Assembly: GCA_963825095.1 (NCBI GenBank)
Contig: CAWGRV010000008.1
Location: 1 to 62,355 of the forward strand
Length of the DNA stretch: 62,355 nt
Direction of reading: 5' to 3'
From: an uncultured Nitrosopumilaceae archaeon
Lineage (GTDB): Archaea > Thermoproteota > Nitrososphaeria > Nitrososphaerales > Nitrosopumilaceae
Shown here in pieces: positions 20,080 to 29,806 of this stretch. Position 1 is the stretch's first letter. Every line of letters begins with the position of its first letter. Below the pieces are notes generated by a model, which made no database searches, was not told where the DNA came from, and was given only the letters and a program-made list of their open reading frames with translations. Position numbers and translations under genes: made by a program.

Positions 20080-21723
20080 ATGGGCTTTTATACAGTACTG
20101 TTAGTTACGATACCGGTCATCTTTTTAGTTTCACTTTTATTCAGAAAACGGCGATCCACGCCTTACGAAAAGTATCCTGGTCTCCATGGACGTTCAGGAA
20201 AAATGCTTTCCATGTATTACGTTATGACGAAGGGAGTTTGGAACTTTGTTATGTATCTTTACGAGAAATACAAATCATCCGATTACAGACCTATTCATTT
20301 TACTACGATGATGGGAAACCCGGCCCTATTTATCTACAATCCAGATCACATAATACAAGCGCTAACTGATATTGATCATTTTGAATGGACCAGTGAACGC
20401 GAAACGGTCGAACACGTTGGACGACTTCTCCCCGATGCAATTATAACGACATGGGATTACAAAGAGTGGCATCCAAAGAGAGCCCGGATAGTTTATTACT
20501 TGAGTGGTCGTGCGCTTGAAAAGGCAAAAGAATTCTCGATCCGGTGTGCACGCGAAAATTTTCTTCCCGAATTGAAGAAAATTGCGGACGGCAGGGCAGT
20601 GGATTTAGGACCTATCATTTTCAGGTACGCGACTTTGTCTACGTTGATGGAAATGTTCGATCTAAAACGCGAAGATATTCCGGATCAGACTTTGGATCAC
20701 ATCACAAAACTTTTCTCTTACATTTGGAAACGTATATTTAACCCCCTGATTCTCTTAAGAATGAAAATGGATAATATGATGCCTTTTCTTGGTTTGGAAA
20801 AAGAATACAAAGAAGATGTGCGAGCATTTTATGATTTATTAGCACCTCACCAAGAGCGTCTGAGATATGCGGATACATTGGGCGGATCAACGGTTCGAGG
20901 TCATACTAAATTTAATCCGAACTTTAAGAGCGCAGCAGTTTTTGCAAAATCGATCTTGAATATAGAAGAAGCCGAACTTGAACAACAGATGAAAGATCAT
21001 TATGCTGGATTAGAAAAAGAACGAGATGATCTTCACCATGTCTCATTCTATCTAGCCGGTAAACTGAAACTACCCGAAGATCAATTAGGGAAATTTGCAG
21101 GTCATCTGAGCGACGGTAATCCCATTGATTTACAAAAAGTGGTCAACGAAACATTGACCCTCATGTTAGGAGGCGCAGAAACGAATGCTATATTCTTCCA
21201 ATGGATTCTTCTACACATGTCTGCCACTCCTGCCACTCAACAACGCGTTTATGAAGAATTAAAAGACAAAGAACTGGTACCGATGCCCGAACGAAAGGGG
21301 CTTATCAATAATATTGTTCAAGAAGTATTCAGATTATCAGGTCCAACTTATTACAGTCAACGGGGTTGCCATACAAAAACAATACTTCAACCGGGAAATT
21401 TCGAAGTTCCAGCTGGCACAATCATGACCTTTTCACAATTACTACAAAGTACACTGGAAGAGAATTTTCCAGATGCACTAAAATTTGATCCGGATAGATG
21501 GGCACAAGAAATGAAGCCCAAAGCTGGTACTTTCCTACCATTTGTGAAGGGAAGAAGAACATGTCCTGGAGCGGAACAAGCCCAGTTCGAGGCGGCCTTA
21601 TTCATAACAGTTCTTTTCCAGAATTTTAGAATAGAACGCGCTGATGATAAAGAAATAGGAAAGCTTTGTGGGCTTACAGTCATGCCGGATCCACCCATTA
21701 TGTTAAAAATAAAGGCCGTGTAA
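20080..21723 (+). CDS. cytochrome P450 monooxygenase with N-terminal membrane anchor
   Basis: 547 aa. TM segment LLVTIPVIFLVSLLF, EVFR (ExxR), FDPDRW (PERF-like), and heme-binding loop FLPFVKGRRTCPGAEQA (FxxGxRxCxG). The gene is noticeably GC-richer than its surroundings. Confidence 0.85.
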   Translation: MGFYTVLLVTIPVIFLVSLLFRKRRSTPYEKYPGLHGRSGKMLSMYYVMTKGVWNFVMYLYEKYKSSDYRPIHFTTMMGNPALFIYNPDHIIQALTDIDHFEWTSERETVEHVGRLLPDAIITTWDYKEWHPKRARIVYYLSGRALEKAKEFSIRCARENFLPELKKIADGRAVDLGPIIFRYATLSTLMEMFDLKREDIPDQTLDHITKLFSYIWKRIFNPLILLRMKMDNMMPFLGLEKEYKEDVRAFYDLLAPHQERLRYADTLGGSTVRGHTKFNPNFKSAAVFAKSILNIEEAELEQQMKDHYAGLEKERDDLHHVSFYLAGKLKLPEDQLGKFAGHLSDGNPIDLQKVVNETLTLMLGGAETNAIFFQWILLHMSATPATQQRVYEELKDKELVPMPERKGLINNIVQEVFRLSGPTYYSQRGCHTKTILQPGNFEVPAGTIMTFSQLLQSTLEENFPDALKFDPDRWAQEMKPKAGTFLPFVKGRRTCPGAEQAQFEAALFITVLFQNFRIERADDKEIGKLCGLTVMPDPPIMLKIKAV

Positions 21724-21879
21724 AATTTTTTTATATCAAAATCTAAAAAAAGTTTTTCTAATTCACGGCAACCAAATTGACTGCCCTATAGAATTGCAGC
21801 AAAAATTAGATTAAGGACTAAGTATCCAAAAATCCAATTTTATTTTGAAATTCAGTTTTTTATTTGTAAATCCAAATTG

Positions 21880-22401
21880 CTAATTTACTTCAAGTAACCT
21901 GTAATGCTCAATATATTTATCAACAATAGTATAAACATATTTTATTTTATTTTTTTCTTTACTAATTCGACATTTACTAAATTTTATCATTTTCAAAAGA
22001 TAATCCATACATTTCGTTCTTTCGGGTGTATACTTATCCAAAGTGGAGACTAGTAAGCCATCATTGGCATTGGGCTGATGAATTATTGGAGCATCTAACG
22101 TAAATACTTTTTCATTAGTTTCTCTTGTCGTAGAATTGTAAAACTTAAAGTACTCGTTTATAACGTCATGAATTTGTAAAGATAATTTTAATTTGCAATA
22201 ACAAAACGAAACAATTGTAATCAAACCGTAATGAAAACCAAAATGACATAAACCTTCGGGCTCATTTCTTGACTTTTTGTAGATGTCCATTATGTCGTTT
22301 TCCTTAATAAAATTGCAAATTTCATAGAAATGATTTTGACCATAAACTTCGATGAATAACTTTTCATATTTGTTTAGATTCTCCTCATCCATGATTTTCA
22401 C
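21880..22401 (-). CDS. hypothetical protein
   Basis: 173-aa intact ORF; no motif recognised. Confidence 0.4.
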   Translation of the reverse strand: MKIMDEENLNKYEKLFIEVYGQNHFYEICNFIKENDIMDIYKKSRNEPEGLCHFGFHYGLITIVSFCYCKLKLSLQIHDVINEYFKFYNSTTRETNEKVFTLDAPIIHQPNANDGLLVSTLDKYTPERTKCMDYLLKMIKFSKCRISKEKNKIKYVYTIVDKYIEHYRLLEVN

Positions 22402-22592
22402 TTATAATTATCGATATAAATATTTTTTTAGACTGAAATAATTTAATGGAAAAGTGTTTGTCGAGAAAGTGGAGCGCTGGTTCGATGGTGGTCAGGTATC
22501 GGCCAGTAAATAGAAAGATCTATTTTTTGTTCGAAAAATTGAACCAATAAGTATAAGATTATACTTTTACACATTTCTGTTGTAGATGAAAC

Positions 22593-22835
22593 ATGATGTA
22601 CGAAACGATGGACTTAGAAGAAACGAAGGACGACCCGGCGTTCGCAATAGATAAGTTATCAGATTTTATTCGGTCAGTTGCCGAATGCAAAATTTGTTAT
22701 GGCATCTTGAAAAATGCCAAAGAAACGAACTGTTGTCATACTGTCTTTTGCGAAGCATGTATATCTCAATGGGTAAATGTGAGTCGCGGAACATGTCCGA
22801 TATGTCGCGTATTTTTATACCTATTCCAAACCTAA
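22593..22835 (+). CDS. small C3HC4 RING finger protein
   Basis: CKICYGILKNAKETNCCHTVFCEACISQWVNVSRGTCPICR. Confidence 0.5.
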   Translation: MMYETMDLEETKDDPAFAIDKLSDFIRSVAECKICYGILKNAKETNCCHTVFCEACISQWVNVSRGTCPICRVFLYLFQT

Positions 22836-22944
22836 TTTGGAGACTGAGCTCAAAAAATTTGTTTTCTTAGTCGATGAGTATTATCAACAAAAATTTGGCA
22901 TACTTTCCGTCCTCTCCATTTTCCTTTTTGTCACCTTATTACAT

Positions 22945-23460
22945 TTAAATCGCTAAACTCTTTCTGTAAAAATTCTCCAAATCTTTTTCTTTTATTTTTC
23001 TTAGTCCATTTTTTATATTCCTCATCAATTTTTCCTCTTTGTAATTATTTTCTTTCCTTCTCACCATTGATTTCAACTTCGAAAATACTTTTTCTATTGG
23101 ATTATATTCTGGCGAATATGGTACGTTGTATATTATATTGTGATTATTTTTCGCCACATATTCTTTTAATCGTTTCGTGTGATGTATTCTCGCGTTGTCC
23201 ATCAATAAATATTTATTTTCGTCAATTTTGCTTATTAACTCTTCTATGAACTTTAGAAATGTCTCGCCATTTGCCGAATCTTTTATTATCTTTGTATGCA
23301 ATATTTTTCTGTTTGAAATCGCACATATCAGAGTGTATCTTTTGAAGTGTTTAAAGTATTTTTTTAATATCATTTTTTTGCCTTTTTCCGACCAACCGTA
23401 ATTATTTGCAATTCTATTATCAAAATGCGTTTCATCTATTGATATTATATTTCCCTGCAC
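22945..23460 (-). pseudogene. Tc1/mariner (IS630-like, DDE_3) transposase, catalytic-domain-only fragment
   Basis: 171 aa: DETHF...GWSEKG...LICAIS...LLMDNARIHH...YNVPYSPEYNPIEKVFSKLK is the classic DD(34)E catalytic core. The N-terminal HTH DNA-binding domain is missing, because upstream is occupied by an HNH gene. Confidence 0.7.
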
Positions 23461-23505
23461 TCCTTTCAGGAGTTTCGCTGAGCGAAGCGAACGAGTTCGC
23501 CTAAA

Positions 23506-23961
23506 TTATTTAAAATTCGAATAATTTCTCTTATTATATTTTGCTCTATTCTCTATTTTCCATAAAGGTTGTAAATTTCGAAAATTGAAACACTCAAAAA
23601 TATTTTGTTTTATAGAGAAATCAAATGAAGAAACAGGAATAATATGGTCTATTTCCCATTCTCCATAATTTTTAAAATTCATACCTTCGATAAGCAAATC
23701 AAAAATGTGTTTTTCTAATTCCTGAATAGAACAACCAATTATTTCCTGATAGGAATTGTTGAGGATTAAATTGTTATCCTTGTATATCTTATAGATCCTA
23801 TTTTTAATATTATCATAGATTTTAAAAAATCCGCCTTTATTTCTCTGATTTTTTGCTTTTTGAATAAGTTTCTTTTTAATTCTTTTTTGTTTATATTAGT
23901 CTTTATAAAAGAGTGTTATTTTTTCAGAAATGTATGCCTGTTTATTGAATTCTTCACTCAT
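23506..23961 (-). pseudogene. HNH endonuclease, apparently frameshifted
   Basis: The C-terminal reading frame ...GMNFKNYGEWEIDHIIPVSSFDFSIKQNIFECFNFRNLQPLWKIENRAKYNK carries an HNH motif. That frame extends upstream without an ATG, to a TAA at about 23890. An ATG at 23961 opens a different frame, MSEEFNKQAYISEKITLFYKD*, so an N-terminal piece and a C-terminal piece sit in different frames. Confidence 0.5.
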
Positions 23962-23978
23962 ATAAGTTTAAATATTAG

Positions 23979-24254
23979 CTTTTATTTAAATATAAAGAAA
24001 ATTTCAAATTTATAGCGAAGTTTACTTCGCCGAGCAAAGCGAGACGCCAGAGGCGTGCATGGAAAGCAGAAGAAATTTGTTTAAGACATGGCTTGCTACG
24101 TTGCGAAAACGTTCATAATGGCGAACCAAAAAAACAAATTTTAATGAACCGAGATTTCAATGCGGCAATGAATATATTAAGAAAAGCAAAATGCATATTG
24201 AAGAATTTGCCAATACCAGAATATTTGCAAAGGAAAAAAGAAAGAAAAGATTAA
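23979..24254 (+). pseudogene. TnpB/Fanzor-like (IS200/IS605 OrfB) C-terminal relic
   Basis: An open frame with no start codon encodes ...AWKAEEICLRHGLLRCENVHNGEPKKQILMNRDFNAAMNILRKAKC.... The (D/N)RDxNAAxNIL motif is characteristic of TnpB/Fanzor RuvC-III C-termini. Only about 90 codons remain. It overlaps a GC-rich hairpin at 24005-24060. Confidence 0.5.
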
Positions 24255-24588
24255 AAAATCAGTCCAGTTTCATCGACTAGGACATAGGCAAAAAGGCGAA
24301 ACCAAATAAACCGATACAGAAAAGACGCGCCCGAGTAGCTCTTTTACAGTATGAAAAAACTAACCATTCCAAAAATACTCAAAAAAAATGCTCAAAAAAA
24401 AAATTTGAAAATTTCTACAAATAAAAAATGGAATGGGTATAAAATTTTCTGAGAGTAAATGAATAGATCATCACTCGGAGTCTTAAAATTGGACATATTA
24501 AAGATGCATTGGAGTGTTATCAAAGAAGGTCAGGTGACAATAAAAAAGCTGAGTGTGAAACCTATTTGGCTATATTGGAAAACAAATT

Positions 24589-25722
24589 TTAAATTTTTTT
24601 CTTTATCCTAATATATTTTTTTCCACCTCTTTGGGTCATTTTATGTGTCTCCGTAAGATTCATATTTAGACTTCTGATCTTTTCAAAATAAGTTTCTATG
24701 TCTATGTTTTGGCCTTTTGCTATTTTACTAAGCATTGACACCATAAAAATGAGAATGCTGTTAATAGTGCTAGTAATTTTTTCAAAATTTGGTATTTTGT
24801 TTTCTTCGAGTTTTTGTTTTACTTTATTTGTCGAATCCAATATTTTGTGACCCAATCTATTAAAAATGTCTTTATCACTTTTGATACTATCGTAAAAATG
24901 TAAAGGGAAATAATTAGCCGATTGTCTACCATATAAAATTTCTCTAATTTTCTCCTGGCCGAACCACATTTCTAAAATAACAAGTGCTATTGCCCACCAA
25001 TCGGAGGTTTGAATTACTTGTATTGATACTTCTTTATTTAGTGAGTCATTCAACTGTGGAGAGGCATAAAGTGGTGTGATATCAGTTACTTTACATATAT
25101 TAGTACTAGAATGAAAACAAAACGTGTCGAAATCAGTAATTGCTAGTGAATTATCATGCAAATTGACTAGTATGTTATTCGGTTTTATATCTCCATGGGC
25201 TGCTCCTTCCTTGTGTAAATAATGGACTGCCTCGAATAATTCTTTTACCCATTTAATAAATTGATCAAAAAAATATTGAGGATTTAATGTTATATTTTTC
25301 TCAAAAGAGCCCTTTTTTTCTATTTCTCGTAACAGATCGGTATTAAAATACTTCATTAAAATATAACCACAAATATTGTCTTTATTTTCAATACCTAAAT
25401 AGCAATTAATGTTATCATGTTTGCATACCGTTTCAGTGGATAAAGATAGAAATCCCTTTTTGGAAAATTCGTTAAAGATTTCCATTTCATTTTTAAATTT
25501 TTCTTTATTTTCTTCATCGTTCAATAGCTCAATTACTTTCAGTGCATAACTCGACTCTTGAGTTTTCGGATCTTGTAATAGCAGTAAATAGACTTTGCCG
25601 TAAGCTCCCTGCCCTAAAACACGAGTCACCCTAAATCCTCGGAGTAATTTTACTTTCAGCTCCTTTCCCAAATCGACATTTTGGTTTATATATTTTGATA
25701 AATCACAAGACTGTTCAGTCAT
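24589..25722 (-). CDS. Ser/Thr protein kinase
   Basis: VLGQGAYGKVY (Gly loop), YALKVI (VAIK), HGDIKPNNILV (catalytic loop) and ITDFDT (DFG-like) within a 377-aa ORF. Confidence 0.8.
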   Translation of the reverse strand: MTEQSCDLSKYINQNVDLGKELKVKLLRGFRVTRVLGQGAYGKVYLLLLQDPKTQESSYALKVIELLNDEENKEKFKNEMEIFNEFSKKGFLSLSTETVCKHDNINCYLGIENKDNICGYILMKYFNTDLLREIEKKGSFEKNITLNPQYFFDQFIKWVKELFEAVHYLHKEGAAHGDIKPNNILVNLHDNSLAITDFDTFCFHSSTNICKVTDITPLYASPQLNDSLNKEVSIQVIQTSDWWAIALVILEMWFGQEKIREILYGRQSANYFPLHFYDSIKSDKDIFNRLGHKILDSTNKVKQKLEENKIPNFEKITSTINSILIFMVSMLSKIAKGQNIDIETYFEKIRSLNMNLTETHKMTQRGGKKYIRIKKKI

Positions 25723-25798
25723 TTTATTTTTTCTATAATATTAAAGATGACAAAAGAATGAGAATTTAAGGAGTTTCGAAATCAAATTGATGCATCTA

Positions 25799-25806
25799 AA
25801 AAATTG
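25799..25806 (+). promoter_or_regulatory. AAAATTGA early-promoter-like octamer upstream of the Rieske oxygenase gene
   Basis: Exact octamer 51 bp upstream of the ATG at 25857. Confidence 0.4.
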
Positions 25807-25856
25807 AAAAGTTTTAGTAATTCAATATAAAATATGATAGATAATCAATAATAATC

Positions 25857-27044
25857 ATGTTGTCTATAAATGCCGATTATTTTTTATACTTATTTTTGAT
25901 AATAACGATAGGGGTTAGCGGTTTCCTGGTCAAACGTTTGTATACCATTTTATTTTTACCCTATGAAATAAATGAACCAAAAATTGAAATTGAAATTGCC
26001 AGATCAAAAAATCCATTTTCGAGGAAATTCGGGAAATTACCTCCGCCATTCCCGAATTCCTGGTTCAGGATAGCATTCTCGAAAGAGATTCCAGTTGGGA
26101 CTGTAAAAAAAGTCGATGTCCTTGGACACCAATTGGCCATTTTCCGGGGCGAAAATGAAAGAGTATGTGCCTTGGATGCTTACTGTCCTCATTTAGGTGC
26201 CAATTTGGGTGATGGTACGGTTACGGGAAATTGTATACAATGTCCTTTTCATGGGTGGGAATTCAATGGTTCAGATGGAAAATGCATGCGCATACCTTAT
26301 AATGAGAATGTACCTGATTTTGCACGTGCCAAGACATATACTGTCCTAGAATCAAATAATATGATATTGCTTTGGCATGATGCTGAAAATAGAGATATTC
26401 AATGGTATCCACCTTTTGAAATTAAAGCCGATGATATTTCAAACGGCGAATTTCTATTTCACGGATCATCGGAACATTTTATCACCTGCCATATTCAAGA
26501 CATACCCGAGAATGGACCAGATCGAGCCCATTTAAATTTTCTGCATAAAAAACTAATTTTAGAATGGATTCCAATGGCAGAACATAAATGGGATGCAACC
26601 TGGCAACCTGGAAACGAGAAAGGAAAAGATGAACATTTAGCCTATATAAATTTGACACAAGAAATGGTGATCGCCGGATTTAGAATTCCTGGTACTTTTA
26701 TTTCTGTTAAAATCATTCAAATTGGACCTGGACTTGTTCAACTAATTTTCAATACATTTCTTGGAAGAATAGTGGTAATAGAAAGTGTTACACCAATAGA
26801 ACCGTTATTACAAAAGGCGGGTCATGTCGTATTCGCAGAAAAGAAAGTGCCACGCTTCATCGCCAAATTTGTTCTCTGGGGTCTATTAAAACAATTCGAG
26901 AGAGATGTACCCATATGGAATAAAAAAACTTTTATCTCTCAACCACTTGTAGTTAAAAACGATGGACCGTTATTAGTTTATCGTCGCTGGATGGCCAAAT
27001 TCTATTCAGAAAATTCTTTTAGGATAGAAGCGAAGGATTGGTGA
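25857..27044 (+). CDS. Rieske [2Fe-2S] non-heme iron oxygenase, Neverland/DAF-36 (cholesterol 7-desaturase)-like or KshA-like
   Basis: N-terminal TM segment. Rieske motif CPHLGANLGDGTVTGNCIQCPFHGWEF (CxH-x17-CxxH). Mononuclear-iron motif DIPENGPDRAHLNFLH (D-x3-D-x2-H-x4-H). Confidence 0.8.
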   Translation: MLSINADYFLYLFLIITIGVSGFLVKRLYTILFLPYEINEPKIEIEIARSKNPFSRKFGKLPPPFPNSWFRIAFSKEIPVGTVKKVDVLGHQLAIFRGENERVCALDAYCPHLGANLGDGTVTGNCIQCPFHGWEFNGSDGKCMRIPYNENVPDFARAKTYTVLESNNMILLWHDAENRDIQWYPPFEIKADDISNGEFLFHGSSEHFITCHIQDIPENGPDRAHLNFLHKKLILEWIPMAEHKWDATWQPGNEKGKDEHLAYINLTQEMVIAGFRIPGTFISVKIIQIGPGLVQLIFNTFLGRIVVIESVTPIEPLLQKAGHVVFAEKKVPRFIAKFVLWGLLKQFERDVPIWNKKTFISQPLVVKNDGPLLVYRRWMAKFYSENSFRIEAKDW

Positions 27045-27114
27045 ATAAAAAATTTGAAAATGAATTGCAAACATTTCTTTATTTAATCAATAGATACCCA
27101 GATAAGACAAGACA

Positions 27115-28593
27115 ATGGAGCAATATCTAAACAAAACATTATCGGTAACTCATAATTTATTGGATTATCCAGAATTCGAGATAAAAAATTTTTGTTCCGA
27201 ATTTTTAGACAGCCAAATTGAATGCAGTGACATAATGGTCTATTCGGCTGTTTTGGAATTGTCTCTGGACTTCTTATTTCAGACCAGAGTTTACGAGCAA
27301 TTAGTTTCTTTCTTTCAGCAGAGTCCCTACCCGTATAATGAAATATATATCAGTCAATTAAAATTTGCTAACTACCAAAGCCTGATACTGCAGTTGAAAC
27401 GGGATATACTTTTAAAAAGGATCGAACTAAGTTATGATTTTTTACGGAGCAAAAATTTTTACATTGTCAGTTTTCAAGAAGATAGGAATTCTCTTTGCCC
27501 GATCATGGAACTGTGGAATGTCAAATTAGACAATAATAATCGCGTTTTAAAAGTAATTAGGTTAGAAGAAGATGAGAAATATAAATTCGATTATTCTCAT
27601 ATACTTTGTGAATCTATCATCGCTAAAAAAATTTTAACAAAATACAAAATCGAAGGCGTTTTGGCCCTACTAATAATTTATTTTCACGAAATGTATGACA
27701 TATTTCTTAAAGGAGATGGACCCGAGTCTTTAATTCTAAAACGACAGGTAGAGCCGTTCAATACCGCATATATCAAAATAAAGAATGCGATGAAACAGAA
27801 TCTAGACAGAGCCGATAAAATAATTTTACCGGCGCAAAATTTATTGGGCAAAAGAAATTTTGTGCAGTACTCATTCGAAAATACCAATTTATTTGCCATC
27901 ATATATGTATTTATGAAACAATCCTTATATCGATGGATTACTTTTTTGGAAAGATTTATAGAATTTGATTCTTTAGAAAAGCAATTGAACTCTTGGCATT
28001 TAAAAAAGAAAATTCAATATGTATTTTTCAAAAGAATCCAAAAGAACGGCAAAGATAAATTATTATTCCGCAATCAAGATATTTGGACATCTTTCTATAA
28101 AAATTATGACTCCATTTGTGATCAAGAATATGAGAAATTATCAGAACAATACAACTATAAACCAGAATTTGAGGAATTGAAGAGAATATTATCGGCAACC
28201 ACAAGACAAGAATGGTTAATGGTGTTGAAAAATCTCATCAAATACAATGCAACGAGTTTATGGAAACTAGTTTTTGCACTGGATCCAGGATTCAACCAAG
28301 TTTTATTTGGGCACGATTTTTCTTGCGAATATTCGCCGTTTAAACTTTTAGTATCTTCGAAAATAAATTTTATCAACATCGAAGGTGGGAAATATTATTC
28401 CGAATGTATTGAATATCCTATTCAAGCTACCACTTACGAAGAAACCGATGAGTGGGATAACATTTATAGTTCACATCATTATTACGAGTATGATCACCGG
28501 AACACTACTCTGATGATCAGACATAAGCAAAGGAATCAGGACGAAGTAAACAATTTATTGGCCGAAAAAAATAAAAGAAAAAAATGTAATTAA
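27115..28593 (+). CDS. hypothetical protein
   Basis: 492-aa intact ORF; no recognisable motif. Confidence 0.45.
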   Translation: MEQYLNKTLSVTHNLLDYPEFEIKNFCSEFLDSQIECSDIMVYSAVLELSLDFLFQTRVYEQLVSFFQQSPYPYNEIYISQLKFANYQSLILQLKRDILLKRIELSYDFLRSKNFYIVSFQEDRNSLCPIMELWNVKLDNNNRVLKVIRLEEDEKYKFDYSHILCESIIAKKILTKYKIEGVLALLIIYFHEMYDIFLKGDGPESLILKRQVEPFNTAYIKIKNAMKQNLDRADKIILPAQNLLGKRNFVQYSFENTNLFAIIYVFMKQSLYRWITFLERFIEFDSLEKQLNSWHLKKKIQYVFFKRIQKNGKDKLLFRNQDIWTSFYKNYDSICDQEYEKLSEQYNYKPEFEELKRILSATTRQEWLMVLKNLIKYNATSLWKLVFALDPGFNQVLFGHDFSCEYSPFKLLVSSKINFINIEGGKYYSECIEYPIQATTYEETDEWDNIYSSHHYYEYDHRNTTLMIRHKQRNQDEVNNLLAEKNKRKKCN

Positions 28594-28596
28594 AAC

Positions 28597-29763
28597 TTAC
28601 TTTTTTTGGCACTTTGCAGTATCCAATGAATCTAACCAATTTTTAACTCCATCGTGATTTCTTTTTTCACTCGCTCGGAAGGCGAAATTTTCTATTCTGG
28701 AAGGCATCGCACCTCTGGAACTGTATCTCACAAGTATATAATTGTGAGTGTGAATATTTATCGGGGAGTCAATTTCATTACCTAAATTGTGAAGCCATTT
28801 TGCTACATCAAGATGACCATTTGCACAACTCCATGCAAATGAAAAATCATCCTTGGCGTGAATATCAATGGGCGAACCAATAATATTACTAAGATCATGC
28901 AACCAAGTCGCAATTTCCAAATGCCCATGTTGACAACTTTTCCTAAATGCAGCTTCTTGTTGATCATGCATATCGATCGGAAAACCGAGTTGATTTCCAG
29001 TTTCGAAGAACCATTTTGCTATGTCTAAATGGCCATACTGACAACTATCGATGAATGCAATGGTCGCTCTATAACGACAACCTGTACTATCCGAAAAAAT
29101 AGTATTAAGAACAGTTTTATCTTTTTCGCACAGTAGTTTTACTATTTCGAGATATCCAAATTGGATGGTCAATTGTAACGCTTCATAATTCATATAATTG
29201 AGGCGAATGGGTGGTTTTAATTTATCTTTATGATCAAGTAAAAATTGTACTATTTCCGTATGTCCTCTACTGCAAGAACAATTTAGCGTGTGATTGTTTT
29301 CATTGAATCCGAACGGTAAACTTTCATTTGGAGATCGATTTTTAATGTTCCAATCTGCTAGCCATTTTACTATGTTTAATTTGTTGCTAATACTGGCTTG
29401 GATCATCGCATTCGGAAATATCTCGAGTTTATTTATCACGTGTTTTTCGTAATAACGCGCAACATTAAGAAGACCAAAAGCGCATGCTTTTATAAAAAGC
29501 CATTCCCTCGTCTCAATTTTATCTAAATTTTTAATCCGAACAGAAAAATGCAAAACATTGTAATTTTTACAATCGCCGCTCAAAAAAAATTGTTTGAATT
29601 CTTTGAAAATTGGAAGGTCATCAATTAAATAATAATAGTATCTATTCAGAAGAGCCATATTTCGTAAATCGAGAAATGGATCCAAATAATCAATAACCAT
29701 ATATTCTAATTCCAGAGGACCGATAATAGAATTCGTCATTTTGATTTTTAAAAAATCTAGCAT
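28597..29763 (-). CDS. F-box-like plus ankyrin-repeat protein
   Basis: N-terminal IIGPLELEYMVIDYLDPFLDLRNMALLNRYYY, then ANK-like repeats (SCQHGHLEIATWLHDLSNIIGSPIDIH...). Paralog of 15716..17335. Confidence 0.6.
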   Translation of the reverse strand: MLDFLKIKMTNSIIGPLELEYMVIDYLDPFLDLRNMALLNRYYYYLIDDLPIFKEFKQFFLSGDCKNYNVLHFSVRIKNLDKIETREWLFIKACAFGLLNVARYYEKHVINKLEIFPNAMIQASISNKLNIVKWLADWNIKNRSPNESLPFGFNENNHTLNCSCSRGHTEIVQFLLDHKDKLKPPIRLNYMNYEALQLTIQFGYLEIVKLLCEKDKTVLNTIFSDSTGCRYRATIAFIDSCQYGHLDIAKWFFETGNQLGFPIDMHDQQEAAFRKSCQHGHLEIATWLHDLSNIIGSPIDIHAKDDFSFAWSCANGHLDVAKWLHNLGNEIDSPINIHTHNYILVRYSSRGAMPSRIENFAFRASEKRNHDGVKNWLDSLDTAKCQKK

Positions 29764-29806
29764 TTATATACTTAATAAAAAAATATCAATATTTTTTAAT
29801 CTTTTC

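Noticed and set aside
22470-22500. tRNA-like T-arm resemblance (ggttcgatgg) upstream of 22401
   Set aside because: No acceptor, D or anticodon stems could be paired around it; the T-stem does not base-pair. No tRNA could be supported anywhere in the window.
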